The notes below the pieces were generated by a model. That model made no database searches, was not told the origin of the DNA, and was given only the letters and a program-made list of their open reading frames with translations. This document shows, one piece after another, positions 27,857 to 39,744 of a stretch of 64,000 nucleotides of DNA; within the stretch, counting starts at the first letter, position 1, and the number at the start of each line of letters is the position of its first letter. Origin of the DNA: Eledone cirrhosa (lineage: Eukaryota); the NCBI GenBank assembly GCA_964016885.1, contig OZ024740.1:228036001-228100000 (forward strand), given 5' to 3'. A program made the position numbers and the translations under genes.

Positions 27857-28090
27857 AGCCCAACACCCTAACCACTAGACCACACACCTTTAGTCCAACA
27901 CCCTAACCACTAGACCATACATCTTTAGTCAGACACCCTAATCATTAGACCACATGACTTCAGCCCAACACCCTAACCACTAAACCACATACCTTCAGAC
28001 CAACACCCTAGCGACTAGGACACACCCTTCAGTCCAACACCCTAACCACAAGGACACTCAGTCAATCCAACACCCTAATCATAAGGCCTC
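27857..28090. repeat. 35-bp minisatellite, 7 units, each with an ACCCTA(A) core
   Basis: caacaccctaaccactagaccacacacctttagtc units at 27861, 27896, 27931, 27966, 28001, 28035, 28068. Confidence 0.9.
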
Positions 28091-28865
28091 ACAACTTTAC
28101 TTAGAGGTTATCTAGAACTATAATATCTAATCTGCCATTCATTTTTCCTTTGATATTGATGGTAGGGATTTAGGGAAATTTGGCTGCTATTTCCAGCAAT
28201 TTAAGCAACAATGTAGTGATTCTGTAGTATAATGTATCTTCAATGTATTCTAATGAGTGATAAGTATTTGATACAAATAGAAACTAAATCCTTCAGTCTA
28301 TGTGTTATATCTCTTGATAAAAGATAGTCTTTCAATAAGCAACTAGAAAACCGCTTCTGTTTCATGGAGGTTTGATAAAACCAGAACATACCTAGATTTG
28401 TTTCCCATACTTGTAGAAATGTTTTAAATATTAGTCATTGCGATAATGTTACCATTTTCTCATCATGTATCGTATATACTCAAATATAAGCTGACCCTTT
28501 ATTTTCTCTGAGAAATAGGCAGAAATCCAAACCCCATTTATATCAGTCATTCATATAATGTTACCATTTCCTCATCATCACTGTTTTACATCCATTTTTC
28601 CACACTAGCATGAGTTAGACGAGTTGTCCTGTTGTGGGAAATGTTAGGTCAGGTGACCATGTCTGGCTCATACAGAACTGATTTTGGCTTGGTTTCTACA
28701 GCTGGATACCCTTCCTAATGCCAACCTCATTTACAGTGAGGGATGCCATATTGACATATGGTGCTTCTAGGGCATTTTAAAAACCAGGCAGAGCCTATCT
28801 CCTCTCCAGGTCTCTCCTGGCAGAAACTTAAAAGCAGATGTAAAATTTTTTTAATGAAAACTTAC

Positions 28866-29005
28866 CATGTATGACAGATTCAAAATGGTGACAACATGCA
28901 TAATCTAAAATCCAACTCTGTATAATTCTTTGACTCATAATTCTCAAAGATTCAGCTCTGGTTAATGATCTTTTTACATTACTATTTGCTGCTGTATTTA
29001 GTTTA
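28866..29005 (-). CDS. TINF2: TIN2-like gene, coding exon 2
   Basis: (t)n-cttgcag acceptor; CATG|GTAAG donor; open frame KLNTAANSNVKRSLTRAESLRIMSQRIIQSWILDYACCHHFESVIH; phase 2 in, phase 1 out. Confidence 0.82.
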
Positions 29006-29129
29006 CTGCAAGAAAAAAAAAAATATACATGTATATTATATTTATAACATAACTGTATAGAAATAAAACAATAATAAAAAAAAAAAAAGATGTTTGGTGA
29101 TATTTGAGAAAAGCAACAAAATTAATAAT

Positions 29130-29480
29130 TGTTTCTACTTTAGGCAAAAGGTCAGCAATTTGAAAAGGAGGGGAAAGTCGATTGAATCAACCCCAGTGCA
29201 TTACTGGTGCTTTATTTAACGACCCCATAAGGATGAAAGGCAAAGCTAACCTCTATTACATATAATGGTTTAGGAACAAGACCAACAATTAGTGGAGAGA
29301 GGAAACCCGATTAAATCAACCCCAATGCATTACTGATACTTTATTTTATTGACCCTATAAGGATGAAAAGCAAAGCTAACCTTCGTGGGATTTGAACTCA
29401 GAATGTAAAGGGCCGTAACTGATTGCTGCAAAGCATGTTGTTTGATGCTCTACTGATACTGTCAATCCACTGCCCTAAAG
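29130..29480 (-). mobile_element. tRNA-derived SINE with duplicated 3' half
   Basis: Two successive ggatgaaa(g/a)gcaaagctaacct blocks and gatttgaactcag B-box. Confidence 0.75.
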
Positions 29481-31431
29481 TTAATAATAATAAAATGAAA
29501 ACAAAAAAAAAAAAATTAATTTACAGTTCACACCTATGTAGCTTAGCTGGCCTCATATGAGAGTTGCATCTCATAGCAAGGTTTCTTGGGCGTTTTAATG
29601 ATAGGGGCTATAGTCCTCTCATAAAAACATGCTCAAGAACACAACAAACAGCCCAGTTCAGGGATTGAACTGACAACATAATAATTCTAACTCCAACACC
29701 CTAACCAGTAAGCCACATGTCTACATGGGAATGTAAAAAAATAATTTGACTTTCTAGAATTAATAAAAGAAAATGTTTTCTTTTACTATAATTTTTTTGG
29801 GGCTTTTAATTAATGAAGAATGAAAATTTCATAACAAATGCAAACATCTCACCCCCTCTCTCTCGATATATATATATTATGGTCAGGTCAGGCTTCTGCT
29901 TGTTACTGGCACCATGTAATCCAGTAAAATCTGCTTCATGGTCAAGTGGTCAGCAACTAAACCAGCTCCCCAACCAGACTCTGGTCTGTGAGGAGGTAAA
30001 GTGGAACCCTAATAGCACAAAAACCGAGCAGTTAAAAGGGCGGATGAACTCAGTCAATGGCCATCTACTCAACTATGGGTTAAATAGACTTACCAACTTG
30101 CAATTGGTCAAGCATGGTGAGTACAGCTACACCCCTGACATGACCAAAACAAAACAGAAAACAATGGAGGTCAATCAGGGAGGGGTTCCTCCAACGGGAG
30201 TGAGAAGGGATTGGATTGGATACATATTTAAAACGCAATATCGGTGGGTCGAGGAAAATCATCACCATCATTGTTTAATGTCTGCTTTTCCTGCTAGCAT
30301 GGGTTGGAGGGGTCTATGTAGATCACGTCAGTACTGAAGTGGGGCTACTGATTTCCCAGACAGACTGGGAGATCTGCATCATACTTATGTATGATCTCAC
30401 ATTCGACTGAATGCATAGGAGAGGTTGTCATGTCTTTGACATAACTAAAGGGTCCGCCCAACCCTTTGTTTGGCAAGTTTTCTACAGCTGGATGACCTTC
30501 CTATCACTAACCACTTCACAGCATGTACTGGATGTGTTTATTGTGGAGATCATCAACACTAGAAAGTTTGTTGCGCTGTTACACAACTGAAAAGTCCTTT
30601 CAATCCCTTTTTAGGCATGGTTTCTACAGCTGGGTGTCCTTTTTGCCACCAACCACCTTACAGTGTTATCAGGTGCATTTCGTGGACTCAACACTAAAGA
30701 GGTTGTTGGGCTAACAGAAGAGCTCTTCCTGCTCTGTGATGAGGGGAGAGCGATAAGTATGAAGTTATGGCAAGTGTGGTATAATTTAAAAGGGTGATGA
30801 GTAGGGTAGGGGATATGGTGGTGAGAACACTGAAGCGGAGATAGTGACGGGGTTGAATGAAATATATATATGTGAAGACGTGTGGCTTAGTGATCAGGGT
30901 ATTCAATTTATGATCGTACCTTGACCACATCCCTATTTACTGTTATCAGAGCAGAGTTCGTTGCCCGCAGGTGCGAGCCCTGTGAGGTGGAATGGCTGTT
31001 CTAGCACGCCTATATCACCGCCCTCCAGGGCAATGTATTCTCCATCCTGTCGGTTAGTTGGAGGTGGAGGATACTCGTTTGGAGGCTGTAAGTTTTCCTG
31101 GCAGCATGGGTCTTTGATCAAGAAACTTTATTTCATGTTGCTCCAGTTCACTCAGCCGGCGAAAGTGAGTTGTAATACTGATTCAGTCTGAGAACTACAT
31201 TAAGGGTTTGTATGTCTGTGGAATGCTCAGCTACTTGCACGTTAATTTCATGAGCTGTTGAGATTGATCAAATCAACTGGGACACTCATAACCAACAGTG
31301 TCAGTATGTATATGTCCCACCTTTCAAGCAGGGAAAAGCAGACGTAAAATGAAATGATGATTGATATATATATATAATAATATTATTTATAGTTATGTAT
31401 GGATATAATAATATTATTTATAGTTATGTAT

Positions 31432-31620
31432 AGGCGGTGGATTGGCAGTATCGGTAGAGAGTCGGACGCCATGCTTTCCAGCATAGTTACGTCCCTTTAC
31501 GATCTGAGTTCAAATCCCGCCGAGGTTGATTTTGCCTTTCATCCTTACGGGGTCGATAAAATAAAGTACCAGTAACGCACTGGGTAATTGCTGGCCTTGT
31601 GCCAAAAGTAGAAACAATTA
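31432..31620 (+). mobile_element. Young tRNA-derived SINE with target-site duplication
   Basis: ggcggtggattggcagtatcggtaga..gagttcaaatcccgccgagg..gtagaaacaatta; attatttatagttatgtata on both sides. Confidence 0.9.
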
Positions 31621-32176
31621 TTTATAGTTATGTATACACTATATACAACTATAAACATGAAAGGTCAGTTATTTATTACTACCTTATTATCAGTAAGAAA
31701 AATAGCTCAATGTAAATACAAAACTGTTGTTGACAACATTAATATCCATGTATCTATATGATTGTTCAGTTGAATAGGAGGTTAATTATATGTACAAATA
31801 TTGCTAATGCTACGATGATTCCAAACGATAATTAGGAAGAAACGATTGTCATAATAAAATGATTTGAACATAGCTTTGATTATTGTGTAACTTATATATA
31901 TATATATATATATACACGTGTTACAGCTCACACCCATGTAGGTTTTACCTACATGTATAAGCTTGAATTGCATGGGAGGATTCTCAAGTGTTCTAATAAG
32001 GGCCCTAGTCCTATCCAACTGGATCATATGATGTATGTCCATTGTAGGGGTTAACTTTCAGTTACTGCTTGTATTCATATATTTTCAGCTAGACAAGAGC
32101 AATCTGAAATGAAGTGTCTCAACCATGCACCTTCATATACATATGTACACATAACAAGCATTTTAAGACGATTTAC

Positions 32177-32211
32177 CCTACTAAAGCAGGGGTTAATTTT
32201 GCAGACCCCAT
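32177..32211 (-). CDS. TINF2: TIN2-like gene, candidate first coding exon (MGSAKLTPALVG)
   Basis: ATG at 32211 preceded by in-frame TAA; donor GG|GTAAAT at 32175-32176; phase 2 matches exon 2. Confidence 0.6.
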
Positions 32212-34063
32212 AACAAGCTTCTCCGTTTTTCCATAGCATCTGCATCCCCTTTACTCATCAAGCACTTGGCTTTCAGTTCCTCCGCCAGTATTTTTAGTCA
32301 TGCCTTTCTTCTATTTAGTCCAAATACGGTTATGTTTTTCACTAGTTGTTCATAAGTGAAATAAGGTTGTTTTAGGCTTTTAAATAATAGAAAATCTAAA
32401 GAACAAGAGACGGACCCCAATTGAATTTCACTGGAATGACCCTATTGATATATGAATCTAATAATATAAAAAAATTATAATTTTATATTTTCTGTTTGTC
32501 AATTGCAGTATTATGGTAGAGACGTAAACCAACATTAATGAACATAAGATTGGGGATAAATTTACTTCCAAAATCTGCCACGTAGTAAACAGAAGAAAAA
32601 GGTTGGGAGTTCCTTGGCCATAGATATTGGTATATATTCCAAGCAGAAATCACAATTATTCGATTAGGTTTCAATACGATACTTCGCAGTTTTATTAATG
32701 TTTAGTTTTAAATATTTATTAATTTTCCGCCTCCGCTGGAACTGTATCTTCTGTGATGGAGTTTTACTTTCAGATTCAGGTTAAAAACAAACAGGTGACA
32801 TATTTTTTTTTTTATCAGAGTAGTTAGTTTATAAATAACATAGCTACTGTTTTGCTATGAATAAATGCATTTAAGATGGGACCACATCATGTTTTGTTTT
32901 TGTGTTTTTCAGACAAGATGTATCGAGGACTACATTATCCAACGTATCATCTTTCCCTTTAAAACAATATGTTGTGATTTGAGGGAGATACGGTTGCTAA
33001 TTCTAGCAGGTAGGGCAACTACCTACATAGTACTCATTGATTAGAGGTAAAGAGGTCTTAGTTATACGAATTTAGTTTTCTTTTCTATTATTGAATAAAC
33101 AACATACATGCACCTTGATAATTTTAAAAATCTTATCTCGTTCCTAACACGTTTTTGCCACTAGGCTGTTTATAATTCATGATTTACATAAAATACACAA
33201 TAAGCTGTATTCTAGAGAAGCGTTTATAAACAATGGGTTTTTCGAAAAACCTCGATTTCTTTTTACCAAACAAAATGTAACGTGCGATAAATATTTCATA
33301 GATGAAAATTTGAATATAAAATGCTGAATATAAACTAAATACCAGGGTATCTGAATTTAGTTTCAACGAAGGTTTAATTCGTAAATTCGTAATTTAATCG
33401 AAATTTCTTTCTTCTTTTGTTAATGATGTAAACACACGTTGTAAATTGCTAAATGATGTTTGTTTCGGTTTGGTGTGTTTTCTATTGTAGCCATATAAAT
33501 ATACTAATGAAGATATCTATTGACGTTCTATAAATAGTTGATATAGATAGCTAAAAGATGAAAAAATATATTTAAAACCCCCAAAAGAATGAAAAGATAA
33601 ACAACAAACCTTAAGGAAAAAAGATAATATCCAGTTTCGCGCCTTATAGGAAACTGTTGGAGTTACTTCCCTTGTTGTTAAAAATGTACCCCCCTCCTCT
33701 TCCGGTTATTTGTCTTTCTAAATTACATTGTTTAGCTTCAAATTTGACCCGATTTTATTTTAATAGCCTCACTCAGAGGAAGAAAATCCTTCTTGTCTGC
33801 TGGATGGAAGATATCTTTTAACCGGAGATCTTTCCCAAATGCTTGCATCCAAGGACCAGCTGGCAACATAAACAGATGTAAAACATTTACATGCTTAGAA
33901 AAATAAAACAGTTTAATTCATGTAGATTGCCTCTCTAATTAACGTCTACATATATTTCGATATAGGTATATAAAATGTCCCACAATAATATGAAAATATC
34001 TATTTTTAATTTTTTGCCACATTCTGAATGATATATTTTTTATTTTTTTACAGTTGTATAAAT

Positions 34064-34457
34064 AATTGTTTCTACTTTTTGTTTTGGCACAAGGCCAGCA
34101 AATACCCAGTGTATTACTGGTACTTTATTTTATCGACCTCGTAAGGATGAAAAGCAAAGTTAACCTCGGCGGGATTTGAACTCAGATCATAAAGGGAGGT
34201 AACTCTATGCTTCAAAGCATGGCGTTCGACCCTCTACCGATACTGCCAATCCACCGCCTAGAATGGATAAATAATTATTTCTACTTTTGGCACAAGGCCA
34301 GCAATTACCTAGTACATTACTGGTATTTTATTTTTTCGACCCCGTAAGGATGAAAGGCAAAGTTAACCTCGGCGGGATTTGAACTCAGACCGTAAAGGGA
34401 CGTAACTATGCTGGAAAGCATGGCGTCCGACTCTCTACTGATACTGCCAATCCACCA
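34064..34457 (-). mobile_element. Two tandem copies of the tRNA-derived SINE
   Basis: Two near-identical reverse-complement copies of 31432-31620. Confidence 0.88.
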
Positions 34458-34999
34458 TTGGTCTCTTGTATAAATAATATTACAAATTGTTTATAATCCT
34501 TACAGAATGAAAACATAAACACATATAAAATATACAATTAATTATTGCTAGGAACCTTATAAATATAAAACACAAAAATATATAATCAAAGCGAGAGAAA
34601 AAAAAAATCAATTCAACACCATGTGCGTCAATCAGTCGCACACCACAAGGATCATCGGAAATTTTTGAGGCAAGCCAACACGCTCGCTACTTTACCGATT
34701 TTTGGTTTTTCCTTCCTGTTAATTTTTTGAGACATCCATGTGTGTGTGACAGACTTTAGTATTTTTCTGTCTGTCTATAGATCTATGTTCAAAGGCGTGC
34801 CAGCGATTATCACCCTGTCATTTGTTTCAGACATAGTGTATCTAGGAATTCATGATTTAAATATTCCTTCGTTGTGCGATGCAGTTGTTTAGCGCCAGAT
34901 CAATCCTGATCAAACGTACGATCAATGGTATTTTAGCTGTGACAAAACCAGTCTCTCTTTTTTTTAAGAATCAAAAAATTTATATGTTTATATACAGTG

Positions 35000-35292
35000 C
35001 AGATGTAAAATAAGAAAATATATCTAAAAAAAAAAAAAAAACGGAAAAAGAAGGGGAAGGCAAGGGCTCTAGTGTCACGGAAGAAGGGTGAGGGCGATTG
35101 GGCTCTGGGCATAAGGCACAGCAGTAATGGGGCTGCGCCTCGCGGACTATGGCCAGCAATAGACACCCCACCTTACGGGGCTCCTTCTTCAGACGGGCCA
35201 CCGACGTTCCGAACTTGCGGAGGAACTCGGCGGTACGGGTTCAATTACGCCTGAGGTCTCGATGACGACTGGTGTGAAGAGGAATCGGCCGG
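35000..35292 (-). mobile_element. CRE-clade LINE extreme 3' fragment
   Basis: Minus-strand FLFTPVVIETSGVI..AEFLRKFGTSVARLKKEPR..LAIVR parallels the C-terminus of 36950-37437; CpG-rich. Confidence 0.65.
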
Positions 35293-35653
35293 TATTTGTA
35301 TATCTTCCTTTCCTCTGCATAGCTGGCCGTCTTTTGTTTTCAGATATAGTACCTAAAATCACTTTATCATATGTTCTGCCCTTTTTTTTTTGTAGATGGT
35401 AGGGTGTAATTTAAGGGAAACTCTTTTGCAGTCGTGCGAAAAGGGCGATGTCTATTGTTAAAAGAATAAATTACTCAGAAGGACCTCATCCCCCACGTGG
35501 AAAAACCACAGTCAAGTTAGTATTACGATACGTATAACGAGAGCATAAAAAATATAACTGGAAATAATTTTGTCAGGCATGAAAAACAATGTTAGTTATT
35601 GACTAATATTTTAATTAATTTGGCAAATACTGAAGACAATTCTGGGCATGTTT

Positions 35654-36200
35654 GCGGTGGATTGGCAGTATCGGTAGAGAGTCGGACACCATGCTTTGGT
35701 CCCTTTATGATCTGAGTTCAAATCCCGCCGAGGTTAATTTTGCCTTTCATCCTTACGGGGTCGATAAAATAAAGTACCAGTAATACACTGTGTAATTGCT
35801 GGCCTTGTGTCAAAAGTAGAAACAATTATATTCTCATCATTTGACGCATAGAGTTATGGCCCTTGCCATTCTGAGTTCAAATCCCGCCGAGGTTAATTTT
35901 GCCTTTCATCCTTATGGGGTCGATAAAATAAAGTACCAGTAATGCGTTGGTTAATTGCTGGCCTTGTGCCAAAAGTAGAAACAATTATATTCTCATCATT
36001 AGGGTGGTGGATTGGCAGTATCGGTAGAGAGTCGGACGCCGTGCTTTGCAGCATAGTTTCGGCCCTTTATGATCTGTTCAAATCCCGCCGAGGTTAACTT
36101 TGCCTTTCATCCTTACGGGGTCGATACAATAAAGTACCAGTAATGTACTGGGATAATTGCTGGCCTTGTGCCAAAAGTAGAAACAATTATATTCTCATCA
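35654..36200 (+). mobile_element. Three tandem SINE copies
   Basis: Three repeats, each ending aaaagtagaaacaattatattctcatca. Confidence 0.88.
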
Positions 36201-36514
36201 GAGAAGAATTTTACTTGTAGAAATAGAGAATCGCTGAGTAAATATAAGAGGCTGTACACAACAAGAAAGATGAACAGACCGTTTCAAAACCTAATTTTGA
36301 ATTTTAAATTAAAAAAAAATATTTATTCTTTTTAATTGTTATATTCAAGATTTGATAAAATGATCCATACTGATACATCGAAACTGGTTATATTTTATAT
36401 ATTTTGCGTACATATTTTGCGAACTGTTGGTCTCATTTTTTTCAAGTTACTTTGACGAATCAAAGAAGAAAAACAGATCCTTAAATATATTTTCCGTGTT
36501 ATCCCCCCCACCCC

Positions 36515-36561
<47 letters not shown>

Positions 36562-36949
36562 AAGAAAGACAAGAAAAGAAAGCGATGTAATTTAAAAAAA
36601 AATACCCAGCATAACGGATAATTTAACGAAATTAAGATGATGTTACTTTACCCAGACATTTACGCCATGGCTTTCTCATTTGCGTAGGGAGATGGACTAA
36701 TTATCAATATCTGCCTAAATAACATTACCACACACAAGTATACAAATGTCACCCCTGATAGAGAAATACCACAAGACGGAAAAAAAGACCTAAAATACAA
36801 AAACAACAACAAAAAAATTCATTCTTGAAAATGATTAAATGGTAATTTGGACGTTGTCAGGAATTCAAACCCTTCTCTCAAACATACAGTGAACCCCCCC
36901 ACTCTCCCACCAAAAAAGGAATGTAGTTGGTCTTTCTTGCCGCCTGAAT

Positions 36950-37795
36950 GCGACCGCTTCGCGCGTCACACGGAACTAAACCTCATTCTGAAGAGAGCTT
37001 TGGCCCGGGCGAATATCCCCTCAGTCTTGGAACCATATGGGTTGTCCAGAAGTAACGGCAAAAGACCTGACGGTCTTACCCTGTGCCCTTGGTCGAGAGG
37101 CAGGTGCCTTGTCTGGGACGTCACTGTTAGTGACTCTTTTGCTCTTTCCCACATCCTGGATGCTGCGGTTAGGACGAGAGCCACAGCTTCTGCAGCCGAG
37201 CGGAGTAAGACCCTCAAATACTCTGATCTGTCGGCCAGCTACATTTTTCAGCCTGTGGCTTTCGAGACGTTTGGGGGAGTCGGGCTGCTGACTGCGAGGT
37301 TCCTTTCCTCACTGGCGGCTCGCCTAATAGAGGTGACTGGCGAATCTCGCGAGGGTGCATGGCTGTTTCAGCGCATCAACCTCGCTATCACCCGAGGCAA
37401 CGCTGCGAGTGTGCTGGCTTGCCTCAAAAATCATTAGAGAGGTTGCCCAGTACTCGCGACGTTTCTGTCTTTTGCTCTGGCGTTGGCTCCGTTGTTCACC
37501 CCTTCCTTTACATTTTCTTTAATATTGTAGCATTGAAGGAATATATCTTTCATTGTATCATCCTTTGTAGTGTTACCGAGGCATTTGTAATGTTATTTAT
37601 GTATATATTTAAAACATATTTGTTATGTTATTCTACTGTAAATTTATTAATATGCTCTGTTTATATTTTCATTCTGAAGGAATTGCAAACGATTTGTAAT
37701 GTTGTTTGTGCAACTCTGAAGTATATATTTTGTTGTAAAACTGAAAGTTATTGAGTTATGCGAAAGCATGGCCTTATTTTTGTTAATAAATCGAC
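36950..37795 (+). mobile_element. 5'-truncated CRE-clade non-LTR retrotransposon (restriction-like endonuclease domain + 3'UTR)
   Basis: RHTELN..EPYGL..KRPDGLTL.PW..GRCLVWDVTV..KTLKY..FQPVAFETFG..QRINLAITRGNA; uninterrupted to stop at 37437; AATAAA at about 37785. Confidence 0.88.
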
Positions 37796-39671
37796 ACTAA
37801 GTTGGTTATCACCAGCAGAATTTTACCGATCACTTAACTGAAGTTATGAACAACCACAAGGAATTATTTGGATTGAAAATATAGCGGCATCTAAAATATA
37901 AAGCTATGTGTTAGACTTAATTCATCGCCTAATTTGTCACTACCTGGCTCTTGTTTTTTTCAGCGGTGTCCAATCAGTTGTAAACATTTGGGCCATGTCT
38001 CGGGTTTAAGGATACGTTCCTGCCCCCTCCCAACGAATATCGGGGGTTCTGAAAGGGATCATGGACACTGTCCTTCCCTTGTTGACTAAATAATAAAAAG
38101 AAATGCATTGGTCACACGCTTCTACTATTTGGTATATGGACATATTTCTACATAGTAACGTTATGCTTTTAACTTTACAAAAAACTTTCATTTTTACTGG
38201 GGGCTCGAGAATTACCGACCACCACCGAAATTAGTAACGTTCACAAAATTACTCAGAACATTAATAGCATAAACAACTTGAAATCGGTACCTAAATATTT
38301 CATCTAATCTGCAGGGAAAACCTTTTGAGTTACTTCCCTTATTTAACACTCTTGTGTGTTTTTCTTTCTTTGCTTTGTGAACTAAGCAACAATTTAGTAC
38401 AGAATAAATTAGTTAATATAATGGGTTTAATATATATATATATAAATATATTACTGGTGTGCAATATTTCATTAGATACATAAAAATAAAAAAGCAACAC
38501 TAACAACTAACAATGAAATGGGAACTATAAACTATATGGTAGTAACTAAGAAACTGAACCTATAGCTATAATCAGGTTTAATCGAGCGAAGCTTTTAGAG
38601 TTACTTCCCTTACACTTAAAACCACCATCTCCATATTATTTATTTAGTTGATTATTTAGTTATTTATTTATATACTTATTTATATACTTCTATTTATATT
38701 TCCCGTTGTAGAATGCACTAGACTTCAAATTTTTGAGCATTAGAAATAGTGAGGTTTACGTCTCACTAAAGACATTTATGATATAAATGAAGTGAAATTG
38801 AAACCCGTTACTGGTTTGAAATAATCGTCCCCCACCCACTTATTGATTTTTCAGATTTTTTTCCAACCCATCTCGCTCTTATTCTACCCCAACCTACATT
38901 TATTAAATGTTGCCAATCCATCCCCCGCGTAATTTTATTCCAAGTGATAGCATTTCTGCAACAATTAATTTTCTTTATACATTAAAGAACATACATGACA
39001 AAAAAAGTACATTACTAGAAATCCCATACGTTATAAAATAAATAGGATGGGTTGGGGGCTCAATATGTAAGCTAAACGACTAATTCTAGTTTTTTAAAAA
39101 GATCAACGGAGACAACCAAGGAAAATTACCGAATTTTTAAACCCAACGCGTATTCCAACTCTCCCGTTTATTCCACCCCTGTTATTTGGGACACGAGAGT
39201 ATATTTTATTTAGAAATAAACGGTATACATGAAATTACATAATATCAAAGTTCACATTTCTCCCCCCAAATAAATATGCTGACAATATAGATAGCTTTAA
39301 ATATTGTTTAAAAATTGTGTCTTTATTTAAAGAGGCAATACGTATATAGAATAGAATTACATAAAAATAATAAAGAATTTAATATTTAGGCAAAGATATA
39401 GAAAAAGAAAGAAACTTGGACACTGATCGTCTGCAACAAACATTTACTCCGATCACGTGAAATTTCGAAGGAAATAATATCGATTTCCGATGATAGCATT
39501 AGGTCTATTTTGTGAGGGAAGAAGTTGGAGGGGGTGAGGTTTATTGATTTAATAGAAGTAGCATATTATTGATTAATGGCCGATTCCTATTTGAAGGTTC
39601 TGTTAAAGTGAAGTGAAATTTCTAAATGGAAAGGACGAAATATATATCCTTTCTGTTTCTGTGGACAGAAC

Positions 39672-39744
<73 letters not shown>

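Noticed and set aside
27857-28090. Interstitial telomere
   Set aside because: TTAGGG occurs singly within a SINE-derived 35-bp unit, not as tandem hexamers
29813-30337. 174-aa ORF as a host gene
   Set aside because: It runs across a microsatellite, an RTE-type 5'UTR relic and a SINE tail, antisense within an intron; no recognisable domain
36847-36950. N-terminal part of ORF 36847-37437 as part of a gene
   Set aside because: Fortuitous open flank upstream of a 5'-truncated CRE insertion
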